DNA of 32,000 bases from Prochlorococcus marinus subsp. pastoris str. CCMP1986 (GTDB taxonomy: Bacteria; Cyanobacteriota; Cyanobacteriia; PCC-6307; Cyanobiaceae): assembly GCF_000011465.1 (NCBI RefSeq), contig NC_005072.1, positions 1,320,001-1,352,000 on the forward strand, written 5' to 3'. A model generated the notes under the pieces. The model saw only the letters and a list, made by a program, of their open reading frames with translations, was not told the DNA's origin and made no database searches. A program made the position numbers and the translations under genes. Each line of letters starts with the position of its first letter. Position 1 is the first letter of the stretch. Shown here in pieces: positions 19,254-26,904 of the stretch.

Positions 19254-19835
19254 TTAATTTTTATCAATTCTCATATATCCAAACCAATCAGGAATATTTT
19301 TTTCTTCTATATGATTATCATTCCGGATTAATTCTATTTCCCAATTTTTTATATTTTTTATAACCTCACAATCTTCTACATCAATAAAATCTTTAACAGC
19401 ATAAATATCATCTTTATGTTTTTTTTTGCAGTCAATTAGCCATTTCGATTTGGCCTTATTATTGGCCTCTGAAGGACTAGAGGCTACAACAAGGCCAAAT
19501 TCATGTTTTTCTTGCATAGAGCTTGGATCATATCCTCCAATATTTACAAACCATAATTTTTTTTTGGAGATTTTCTCTTTTTTTAAAATCTTATTTTTTG
19601 GTTCCCTATTCTCTTTATTTCTAAGATTTATTTTATAGCCATCAATTGAATCAATTTTTTTATAACTATCAATATGAAAGCCATTGTTAGATCCAAACCA
19701 ATCATTTCTTAATTGATCAAAAGTGTCCTCAATTTTTGAACCTATAACCCACCTGACGTCATGCAGTTCGATATTTGCTTTAGGAGATCTACCTCCAACC
19801 ACAACTAAAAAAAGAAATTTTTCATTAGGTTCCAT
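19254..19835 (-). CDS. DUF1543 domain protein
   Basis: FLVVVGGRSPKANIELHDVRWVIGSKIEDTFDQLRNDWFG, IDGYKI; second half LWFVNIGGYDP. Confidence 0.85.
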   Translation of the reverse strand: MEPNEKFLFLVVVGGRSPKANIELHDVRWVIGSKIEDTFDQLRNDWFGSNNGFHIDSYKKIDSIDGYKINLRNKENREPKNKILKKEKISKKKLWFVNIGGYDPSSMQEKHEFGLVVASSPSEANNKAKSKWLIDCKKKHKDDIYAVKDFIDVEDCEVIKNIKNWEIELIRNDNHIEEKNIPDWFGYMRIDKN

Positions 19836-19930
19836 TTTTTTATCTTAAATAGAAAGTCAACTAAAATAAAGGGTTATCTGAAAGATATGATAAAAGGATT
19901 ATTTACAATACATCAATACTAATACTTGTT

Positions 19931-20563
19931 ATGGAACTAATTGGGAGATATAAAAATTCAGGATTTGAAGCAGTAGCTGATGGTGTTATTTCTTTCTTTG
20001 ATCGCCGCAAAGAATTACATACTAATGGAATTGCTTTCGGACAAAGTACATCTTTGAATTCTGATCCATATAAAGTTTCCACTGATATTAGTCTTGTATC
20101 AATAGACAGATCAGATCCAGAAGCCTTTGCAATGTCTGAAGTCATAATTAGAGGAGTTAATGCAGGACTAAAAAAATATCTTGAGGATCACCCTTTAATA
20201 AAAGAATGCTGCCCAGAACAATCTTTATTTGTTAACCCAATATTTAATTTGCAACGTTACGCACCAGGAGAGGGATTTAAGAAATGGCATTGTGATTGGA
20301 CTTTTAGTGATGAAGCTACAGAGCCTGTCAATAGAGTCTTAGCTTGGATTCTTTATTGTAATGATGTTAATTCTGGTGGGACTGAATTTCATTGGCAGAA
20401 TCATCATGAAATAGCTGAGAGGGGAAAACTTATTATCTTCCCAGCAGGTATATCTCACATTCATCGTGGAAGAGTGAATAATAAAGAGGTTAAAACTATT
20501 GCGACTGGTTGGGTTAATGCTGGCAAACTTGAAGAGTATATTTCACGCTTAGCTAATTCCTAA
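19931..20563 (+). CDS. 2OG-Fe(II) oxygenase family protein
   Basis: LQRYAPGEGFKKWHCDW, ...GGTEFHWQ..., GKLIIFPAGISHIHRG. Confidence 0.88.
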   Translation: MELIGRYKNSGFEAVADGVISFFDRRKELHTNGIAFGQSTSLNSDPYKVSTDISLVSIDRSDPEAFAMSEVIIRGVNAGLKKYLEDHPLIKECCPEQSLFVNPIFNLQRYAPGEGFKKWHCDWTFSDEATEPVNRVLAWILYCNDVNSGGTEFHWQNHHEIAERGKLIIFPAGISHIHRGRVNNKEVKTIATGWVNAGKLEEYISRLANS

Positions 20564-20671
20564 AATATTAAATATATATTTGTTAGACCAAAATTATTTC
20601 TTATCTTTTACTGCTCGATAAGTTTCCCTAGCATTGAATTTATATAAAATATATTACTCAAAAATACTTGT

Positions 20672-20815
20672 TTAGTTAAACCAACCTTTTTTCTTGGCTT
20701 TAATTTCTGGGACTGTTTTTATATTTGTTTTTTCATCAGTTCTACCTTTTATAATCATTAAAGGGACAATTCCCCACAACCCAAAAAACAATATCCAAAA
20801 TATGTAAACATTCAT
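20672..20815 (-). CDS. Small single-TM protein, 47 aa
   Basis: MNVYIFWILFFGLWGIVPLMIIKGRTDEKTNIKTVPEIKAKKKGWFN*. Confidence 0.6.
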   Translation of the reverse strand: MNVYIFWILFFGLWGIVPLMIIKGRTDEKTNIKTVPEIKAKKKGWFN

Positions 20816-21008
20816 AGTTAAAAAACAAAATCTTTTTCTATTTTAAATATATTTTCTATTTGTCTGTGGCTTTCTTTTTATAATTATCTTTGGGATGTGT
20901 AATCTACTTCAATAAACTATTTATAACTTGAAATTTGAGACATGATATAGTCAATATAAAGAGCAGATCAAAAACAATTAATAAGATCTCAATCAAAAAT
21001 ATAAAAAC

Positions 21009-21037
21009 TAAAAAAGGAGCTTATAAAGCTCCCTTTT
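21009..21037 (-). terminator. Terminator downstream of the minus-strand hli gene
   Basis: Minus strand GGGAGCTTTATAAGCTCC followed by TTTTTT. Confidence 0.7.
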
Positions 21038-21056
21038 ATTTTAATTAATGTTTAAT

Positions 21057-21185
21057 TTAGAAAATACCTGGAACAATTTGACCAGTAAAGTAGTAAGCCC
21101 CAATAAGAGCAAACATACCTAGCATTGCTGCTTTACCGTTAAACTTTTCAGCTTTTTCGGTCATAAATTTCTTAACAAATTCCAT
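21057..21185 (-). CDS. hli: High-light-inducible protein, 42 aa
   Basis: MEFVKKFMTEKAEKFNGKAAMLGMFALIGAYYFTGQIVPGIF*. Confidence 0.93.
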   Translation of the reverse strand: MEFVKKFMTEKAEKFNGKAAMLGMFALIGAYYFTGQIVPGIF

Positions 21186-21463
21186 AATAAAGTAAAACAA
21201 AGTTATGAATATAAATTAATCAATTTAAACTTCCCTTGATGTAGTGTTTCCTACCAAAATTAAACTTTTTAAAAGAACTTAATTATTTTTTAATTTAATG
21301 GTTAATTTACTACCAAAACTTATCATGTCTTTAAAGAGGGGAAAATAATCATGAAAAACTATTAAAATAGATAACTACCAAATCATTTATAAAAATTTAA
21401 CAATCATCACATTGTCTTAATTAATACGGAATGAATAGAATAAAAATAAGTATAAATAACTAA

Positions 21464-21688
21464 ATGCCAGAAAGGACTCAATTAAATATAAATATCAATC
21501 CAGACTTATTAAAAAACCTCAAAAAAATAGCATTAGAAAATAATAGAAAGTTAGTTGAATTGATTAATGAAGTCCTGACGAATTATATTCAAGAAATAAA
21601 AAACGATCAAACAAAATATAGGAGTATTTTAGACGAATTAGATGATGTCAAAAATAGAATATCAGTTTTAGAAAATTCAAAAAATTAA
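21464..21688 (+). CDS. Ribbon-helix-helix (Arc-like) DNA-binding protein
   Basis: MPERTQLNININPDLLKNLKKIALENNRKLVELINEVLTNYI. Confidence 0.7.
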   Translation: MPERTQLNININPDLLKNLKKIALENNRKLVELINEVLTNYIQEIKNDQTKYRSILDELDDVKNRISVLENSKN

Positions 21689-21782
21689 ATTAGATTTTTA
21701 TCTTTTTAGTAAATATAAAATTCCAAAAATAAAAAGTTTATACTTTAAATAATAAAAATTATATTCAGAAAATATTCCTGAT

Positions 21783-22076
21783 ATGAAACTCATAATTCTT
21801 ACTTCAATTTTTTTAATTTCAATACCTGTTTTTGCAGATGATATACAAAGAGAAATAGAGTATGAGGCTATTAATCTTGTTATTCAAAAATATGGAAAAG
21901 GTTTATCAAACAGATTAAAAGGAACTGGGTTAAAGCCAAGCTATCGAAGTTGGTATGAAAATGAATGTTTTGTGAGTGTTGCTGCTGGTACTTACCAAGA
22001 ATACAATTGGTCAGCAATGAAATGGTTTAGTGTGAATACCTGTTCTGATTCTGCTGAAATATTAGAAGCTGATTAA
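21783..22076 (+). CDS. Exported hypothetical protein
   Basis: Signal peptide MKLIILTSIFLISIPVFA; 97 aa. Confidence 0.7.
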   Translation: MKLIILTSIFLISIPVFADDIQREIEYEAINLVIQKYGKGLSNRLKGTGLKPSYRSWYENECFVSVAAGTYQEYNWSAMKWFSVNTCSDSAEILEAD

Positions 22077-22138
22077 CAACTCATTATCTTACTATTTATA
22101 ATTTTGACTTCACTAAAAAGTAAATCAACCAATGATTT

Positions 22139-22618
22139 TTATTTAAAAAGACTCTCAAATTCTTTTTTTATGAATTTATATTCCGAATTAATCTCATTTA
22201 TTACTTCATCTACTTCATCTTTCAAATCTATAAATTTATTAATTTCTTTTTTACTTTTCGAATATAAGATTGATTCAAAAGTTCCAGGTTTTACCTTCTC
22301 AATCCAATATCCAGAGAAACAATAAAGGTTATTAGGAATAAGTTTTATCATGCGCGAATCCTTAGATATTTTATATTGATCAATCATCTTCATTATTAAA
22401 CGCCCTCTAGTTTTACTAATCCCAAATTTTGCAATATCTTTCGAAATTGACTTAACTTTAAGGGATACATTTTTCCTTTTTTGTATCGAATTCCTTGAAA
22501 GAATTTTTTCAAGAGAATAACAATAATTAAATAGCTTTGTATTTTCTTTTTTCGTAGGATAGATAATGCCAATTAAAGTAAATAGTAAAAAAGAACATAA
22601 AATTAGTTTTTTAAACAT
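22139..22618 (-). CDS. Hypothetical protein with N-terminal TM/signal segment
   Basis: 159 aa ORF. Confidence 0.65.
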   Translation of the reverse strand: MFKKLILCSFLLFTLIGIIYPTKKENTKLFNYCYSLEKILSRNSIQKRKNVSLKVKSISKDIAKFGISKTRGRLIMKMIDQYKISKDSRMIKLIPNNLYCFSGYWIEKVKPGTFESILYSKSKKEINKFIDLKDEVDEVINEINSEYKFIKKEFESLFK

Positions 22619-22679
22619 TTTTAATTCAAGCTCTTTTAAAGTTTATATTAGAAATCTAATTAAGAAATGACATCCTTAA

Positions 22680-22766
22680 TTAATTTCCTTTTCTAGTTTT
22701 TGCAAGCATATATAAAGAATAATTAGGATAGGTGTCTGTCAAAATCTCAAGTCTTTCTTCCGTCAT
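22680..22766 (-). CDS. Very short ORF overlapping the upstream stop, 28 aa
   Basis: MTEERLEILTDTYPNYSLYMLAKTRKGN*. Confidence 0.35.
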   Translation of the reverse strand: MTEERLEILTDTYPNYSLYMLAKTRKGN

Positions 22767-22903
22767 TTCCATTCTGGCATTAAATATCTTAATTTAATTA
22801 CTATCTCTAATAACTGATCATCTTCAAGGTTTAGTTTAGTTTTTCCGCTGATTTTTTTTGCACTAATATTTTTCAAATCTTTTTTTATATTCTCCGATAT
22901 CAT
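22763..22903 (-). CDS. Small hypothetical protein, 46 aa
   Basis: MISENIKKDLKNISAKKISGKTKLNLEDDQLLEIVIKLRYLMPEWK*. Confidence 0.45.
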   Translation of the reverse strand: MISENIKKDLKNISAKKISGKTKLNLEDDQLLEIVIKLRYLMPEWK

Positions 22904-23102
22904 GTTATTAATCTAATTCTATTGTCTTCTTAAACATAAAAACAACATCTAAATTATTTTTTGTCTTCATAGGACGAATCAAGATTTTAACGCGAACTTT
23001 AATAAAAAAATTTTTAATTAATTTCCGATATAAACTAGAAGATATCAAACACTATTTTGATATAGGATTATTTTATTTTTCTTAAAAAATTGGCAAAAGA
23101 AA

Positions 23103-23234
23103 ATGAAACAGGAAATTAATTTTAGAATTTTAGAAACTATAGAGGCGTGTAAGAGTATCCATGATTTGAAGCAAGAGAAAGAAAATCATATATCAATAAA
23201 AGAACTAATAATCCTAGAGGAAATTTATGGATGA
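23103..23234 (+). CDS. Small hypothetical protein, 43 aa, overlaps next start
   Basis: MKQEINFRILETIEACKSIHDLKQEKENHISIKELIILEEIYG*. Confidence 0.55.
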   Translation: MKQEINFRILETIEACKSIHDLKQEKENHISIKELIILEEIYG

Positions 23235-23490
23235 AGACTCTAGAAAGGTAACAGAGGAAGTATGGTTAATATGCCCTAACTCGACAGAAGTAAGACGTTT
23301 TACAAAGAATAAAAATAATAAAGATAAGTTTTTCGAATATATGTTTGTTGATAGTGGCATTATTATTGGCGTACTAGGTGCTAAACCTCCACTTATGAAA
23401 ACTAGAAAAGAAATTAAAATAGAAGCTGCTCGCAAAGAGTACCAACAATTAATCATTTCAGGTTGGCAAGTAACTATTCCAAAATGGTAA
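23227..23490 (+). CDS. DUF1651 family protein
   Basis: 87 aa; VWLICPNSTEVRRFTK... LGAKPPLMKTRKEIKIEAARKEYQQLIISGWQVTIPKW. Confidence 0.75.
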   Translation: MDEDSRKVTEEVWLICPNSTEVRRFTKNKNNKDKFFEYMFVDSGIIIGVLGAKPPLMKTRKEIKIEAARKEYQQLIISGWQVTIPKW

Positions 23491-23665
23491 GTAAATAGAA
23501 TTTTTTAATATTATACGAATCTCCTAATTATTTTTTTTCTGATCAATCATTCTTTTTGTACAAATTAAACATGATATTTAACTAATTTATAAAGAGCTGT
23601 ATGTAGGACTACCGCCTACCAATAACTAATAACCTATTTATTTCTTGAACTTTTAATTAAAGTAT

Positions 23666-23791
23666 CTATTTTTCGGAATTACTTAATGCTTTTTCAAATG
23701 TAGAAAATAATGTATATAAACTATTTAATGCGATCAACCAAATCACTAATGACATTCCATGTTGAGTTAATTGAATTGTTCTTTGAGTCAT
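23666..23791 (-). CDS. Small single-TM protein, 41 aa
   Basis: MTQRTIQLTQHGMSLVIWLIALNSLYTLFSTFEKALSNSEK*. Confidence 0.5.
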   Translation of the reverse strand: MTQRTIQLTQHGMSLVIWLIALNSLYTLFSTFEKALSNSEK

Positions 23792-23811
23792 AATTAGATT
23801 TCCTTAAAACT

Positions 23812-23936
23812 ATGGTTGACTTCAGCTGCATTCCTACAACTGTCTCATGACAACCATATTTTAATTTTAGGCAAGCTATTCAACCTTATAAGTAGATATA
23901 CTTACCTCTTTCCGTACCTTGTCGTTCCTTAAACCG
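23812..23936 (-). repeat. 125-nt intergenic element, copy D (partner of 26905..27029)
   Basis: CGGTTTAAGGAACGACAAGGTACGGAAAGAGG...ATTAAAATATGGTTGTCATGAGACAGTTGTAGGAATGCAGCTGAAGTCAACCAT on minus strand. Confidence 0.8.
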
Positions 23937-24027
23937 TACATCATGACGTTCATGAATGAGATAAATAATCATCATCACTTGGTCTAACAAGGTCATTTTT
24001 TAGTGCAAGGAGTAACTTATTCTCTAA

Positions 24028-24420
24028 CTATTTTGTCTTAGAAAGTAATAAAAGCCAACCACAGATTAAGGCAAAAGCCATTATCGAAGAAAAAATATTA
24101 TTCCATTGAGCAGTATCTGTTAAATATCTTTCTATCCAAAAAGGGATAAATAACACAACAAAATACCAATAAATTAGAGAAAGAATTCCAAACAACAAAG
24201 CTAAAAGAATATAAAAAGGTAATATACAAAAAAATCTTTTTCTTTCAATTTTTGAATATTGTCCTATTCCTATTTTTCCCCAATAACCTCCATTTAATTG
24301 AAGAAAAAACTTTAAGAATACTCCGTAAGTTGTTATAAAAAACTTAGCGAATCCCAGCAATGGTTTAAAAATTACCTTTATTAAATGCGAGAATAATTTC
24401 ACAAGTATTTTTATTTGCAT
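24028..24420 (-). CDS. Membrane protein of unknown function
   Basis: 130 aa, multiple hydrophobic segments. Confidence 0.65.
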   Translation of the reverse strand: MQIKILVKLFSHLIKVIFKPLLGFAKFFITTYGVFLKFFLQLNGGYWGKIGIGQYSKIERKRFFCILPFYILLALLFGILSLIYWYFVVLFIPFWIERYLTDTAQWNNIFSSIMAFALICGWLLLLSKTK

Positions 24421-24513
24421 AAATTAATGATACTACCAAAAATTTTTCTTATGTGAAAATAAAAATTGAATCAAGACAATGGTTCTGGCAAAGTGTCTAA
24501 AAATTAAATTATT

Positions 24514-24542
24514 AAAAAAAACAACTCCCAAGAAGAGAGTTG
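24514..24542 (-). terminator. Terminator hairpin
   Basis: Minus strand CAACTC tcttcttgg GAGTTG followed by 8 T. Confidence 0.65.
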
Positions 24543-24600
24543 AATTTCTAACGTCGGAAGTTAATTTATTTCTTTTTCTCTTTTTTAGAGACTTAACAAT

Positions 24601-24645
24601 ATAAAAGCTTGCTTAATATCCCTATAAGCAAGCTCTCATGACGAT
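24601..24645 (-). repeat. Copy B of ATCGTCATGAG + hairpin element
   Basis: Minus strand ATCGTCATGAGAGCTTGCTTATAGGGATATTAAGCAAGCTTTTAT; 10-bp perfect stem. Confidence 0.8.
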
Positions 24646-24660
24646 TTAATTTTTAAATAT

Positions 24661-24876
24661 TTATGCTGGCAATCTACAATCAAGTTCTATTGTTCCCTCA
24701 TCCATAAGGCGACCAATTTTTAAAACTAGTGCCATATCTAATCTTGAGAAATCTGATTGGTGATTTGTAATCCAATCTAATTCAGATAAAGTTATTACTC
24801 CAGTAGTATTAACTTTGAGGAAGAGTAATCCTAAATTCATTATGCTATTAATTAGTTGCTTTTTTTCCCTTAGCAA
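24661..24876 (-). CDS. Small hypothetical protein; start may be the internal ATG MNLGLLFL...
   Basis: MNLGLLFLKVNTTGVITLSELDWITNHQSDFSRLDMALVLKIGRLMDEGTIELDCRLPA*. Confidence 0.6.
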   Translation of the reverse strand: MLREKKQLINSIMNLGLLFLKVNTTGVITLSELDWITNHQSDFSRLDMALVLKIGRLMDEGTIELDCRLPA

Positions 24877-24937
24877 TCATCAGTACTGGTACTAAAAGAT
24901 ATGCAAAGAATGAGATTAAGAAAATATCTAAATTCAT
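24848..24937 (-). CDS. Small single-TM protein, 29 aa
   Basis: MNLDIFLISFFAYLLVPVLMIAKGKKATN*. Confidence 0.45.
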   Translation of the reverse strand: MNLDIFLISFFAYLLVPVLMIAKGKKATN

Positions 24938-24938
24938 T

Positions 24939-25067
24939 TTAAAAAATCCCAGGTATGATCCAGCCAAAAAGACCGTAATTAACTACTAATGCAAAAAAGC
25001 CCATCATTGCCATTCTTCCATTAGTTCTTTCTGCATTTTGCCAGTAATTAGGTTTTGAGTTTTCCAT
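24939..25067 (-). CDS. hli: High-light-inducible-like protein, 42 aa
   Basis: MENSKPNYWQNAERTNGRMAMMGFFALVVNYGLFGWIIPGIF*. Confidence 0.9.
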   Translation of the reverse strand: MENSKPNYWQNAERTNGRMAMMGFFALVVNYGLFGWIIPGIF

Positions 25068-25097
25068 TTTTTTGTTTTAGTTATTTGAAGTTTGTAT

Positions 25098-25358
25098 TTA
25101 AACGAAACCTGGAATGATTTGACCTGTAGTTAGATATGCACCAACTGCAGCTATAAGTCCGATCATTGCAAATCTACCGTTGAGAGTTTCTGCAACAACT
25201 TTTTCCTTCTCGATTGTTTTAGTTTTTGTGTTTGAGTTTGTCATTTGATTTTTGTTTGAGTAGATTAAATTTTCTTCTTGAAATTGTTTAGTTAGGGAAG
25301 CAACGAGTAAAGCAGTTAGAGATACAATTAAAATCAAAAAAACTGCTAGTGGACTCAT
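25098..25358 (-). CDS. hli: High-light-inducible protein with an extra N-terminal TM segment (alternative start at 25244)
   Basis: MSPLAVFLILIVSLTALLVASLTKQF...MTNSNTKTKTIEKEKVVAETLNGRFAMIGLIAAVGAYLTTGQIIPGFV*. Confidence 0.85.
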   Translation of the reverse strand: MSPLAVFLILIVSLTALLVASLTKQFQEENLIYSNKNQMTNSNTKTKTIEKEKVVAETLNGRFAMIGLIAAVGAYLTTGQIIPGFV

Positions 25359-25567
25359 TAAAAAATACCTGGAATGATTTGACCTGTTGTTACGTATGCA
25401 CCTAATAATGCTACGAAGCCAATCATTGCCCAACGACCGTTAACTTTTTCTGCGTTTTGAGGATAGCCGTCATAAGAAACTGACTCATCTATGTAAGGAC
25501 GAGTTTCTGATGGAAACATGTTTTGTCTTCCGCCAGACTCAGTTGTTGTGTATGAAGAATTTGACAT
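25358..25567 (-). CDS. hli: High-light-inducible protein, 69 aa
   Basis: ...QNAEKVNGRWAMIGFVALLGAYVTTGQIIPGIF*. Confidence 0.93.
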   Translation of the reverse strand: MSNSSYTTTESGGRQNMFPSETRPYIDESVSYDGYPQNAEKVNGRWAMIGFVALLGAYVTTGQIIPGIF

Positions 25568-25674
25568 TAGAAAAAACCAGGAATTATTTGACCAGTTGTT
25601 ACGTATGCGCCAACAGCTGCTACGAAACCAAGCATTGCTGCTAAGCCGTTAAATCTTTCTGCGTCAGGTGTCAT
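25567..25674 (-). CDS. hli: High-light-inducible protein (short form, 35 aa)
   Basis: MTPDAERFNGLAAMLGFVAAVGAYVTTGQIIPGFF*. Confidence 0.93.
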   Translation of the reverse strand: MTPDAERFNGLAAMLGFVAAVGAYVTTGQIIPGFF

Positions 25675-25850
25675 AATTAAAATTTGATTATGTAAACAAA
25701 TATAACACAACTATTAATGAATGTAAAGATATTGGCCTCTATTAGTGCTTAAATAGTATTTTCTATACATTTTTGATACATTAATGTATAAAAGTCATTA
25801 AACTTATCTATTTATTGTTAACAAGTAAGATTTTGAAAGGTAAAAAAATA

Positions 25851-25961
25851 ATGTCAATTTCATACTACAGAGAGCAAAGAATAATGCTTTTAGGAGGACA
25901 AAATATTGTTCTGGCCAGTGAAAATCAAGAGGAAATTGAACCTATCTGGGCGAAAAAATAA
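25851..25961 (+). CDS. Small hypothetical protein, 36 aa
   Basis: MSISYYREQRIMLLGGQNIVLASENQEEIEPIWAKK*. Confidence 0.4.
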   Translation: MSISYYREQRIMLLGGQNIVLASENQEEIEPIWAKK

Positions 25962-25980
25962 ATGATAAATATTCAAAAAA

Positions 25981-26022
25981 ATGAAACGCTTACTACTTAC
26001 ACCGCTAATAGTTACGAATTGA
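25981..26022 (+). pseudogene. Remnant of an MKRLL-type signal-peptide gene start
   Basis: ATGAAACGCTTACTACTTACACCGCTAATAGTTACGAATTGA = MKRLLLTPLIVTN*. Confidence 0.4.
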
Positions 26023-26107
26023 CAGCCGAATCCCATTACGGTGAATCGTTGATTCCAGTAAAATTTACTACTTAGGAAACTAAGAGATAATTGATTAGTC
26101 TTTTTTA

Positions 26108-26626
26108 TCAGGTTAGTGATTTGATTTCTCGTTCTATCGGATTAAACCCAACTTTCTTAATTTGATCATTTTCCCAAACCCAATAAACAGGTGGAGTTTT
26201 TCTTGCCTTTATTAAACTTATTTGGTCTAATTTTTGTGGGATAAATTCTTTAGCTGGATCAAAAAATTTATCTCTTGTGGGTTGATTTAAGACAATACTA
26301 CCTTCTTTTCCTGAAATTGATCTGTGATAAGTTCCAATAGGAATTTCTAATGCCCCCATAGATCTATTTAAATAAATTACATGATGGGGTTCATCCCATG
26401 CAGGATTTATTAGAACAAATGTTCTTTCCCCAGCAATAACTAAGTTGTGATCACTTTGATGATTGTGAACGTAATATTGTTCATCTTTAAAATCATCTGG
26501 AGGAGATATAGCCTCTTCAGAGTGAATTACCACATCGCAACCATTAGATGCCTCCAAGCCTGCATCAAAGAATGTCACTTTTGGAGTCTCTCTAAAAATT
26601 GTTGTTGGGAAGAATCTTAATTTCAT
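26108..26626 (-). CDS. Hypothetical protein, possibly cupin-like
   Basis: 172 aa; YYVHNHQSDHNLVIAGERTFVLINPAWDEPHHVIYLNRSMGALEIPIGTYHRSISGKEGSIVLNQP. Confidence 0.7.
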   Translation of the reverse strand: MKLRFFPTTIFRETPKVTFFDAGLEASNGCDVVIHSEEAISPPDDFKDEQYYVHNHQSDHNLVIAGERTFVLINPAWDEPHHVIYLNRSMGALEIPIGTYHRSISGKEGSIVLNQPTRDKFFDPAKEFIPQKLDQISLIKARKTPPVYWVWENDQIKKVGFNPIEREIKSLT

Positions 26627-26700
26627 TGTTCAACTTCTCATTAATAAATTTATAAATATTTTTAGGATTTATAAGCTATAAAATAACGATTAATTTATAG

Positions 26701-26847
26701 TCAGTTGCAACAAACTAAACAATCTTCTTTTGTTGGATAATCCATACATTCTTTCTTTAAAGTTTCTTCTAAAACTTTTACTTTGTTGACATAGTCAAGA
26801 TCTCTAAACTCTTTTTTTGGAACGGTGAATTGAGTTTGTAGTTTCAT
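26701..26847 (-). CDS. 48 aa protein with CP12-like C-terminal cysteine motif
   Basis: MKLQTQFTVPKKEFRDLDYVNKVKVLEETLKKECMDYPTKEDCLVCCN*, SD AGGAGG. Confidence 0.75.
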   Translation of the reverse strand: MKLQTQFTVPKKEFRDLDYVNKVKVLEETLKKECMDYPTKEDCLVCCN

Positions 26848-26904
26848 TTAGACCTCCTAGATCCATATCTATATTGTCCTACTATTGCCCTGTAATTTAT
26901 AGGG

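Noticed and set aside
19426-19638. 70 aa plus-strand ORF
   Set aside because: Antisense to the DUF1543 gene; Phe/Ser-rich reverse-complement artefact
19903-20145. 80 aa minus-strand ORF
   Set aside because: Antisense to the 2OG-Fe(II) oxygenase
21464-22076. Ribbon-helix-helix protein plus exported protein as a toxin-antitoxin pair
   Set aside because: The neighbour has a signal peptide and no toxin motif, and the genes are about 95 nt apart
22104-22325. 73 aa plus-strand ORF
   Set aside because: Antisense to the 159 aa ORF, Ser/Phe-rich
23214-23456. 80 aa minus-strand ORF
   Set aside because: Antisense to the DUF1651 gene
24848-24876. A7 run where two minus-strand frames overlap, possible programmed frameshift
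   Set aside because: Homopolymers are common at this AT content and both frames have plausible independent starts
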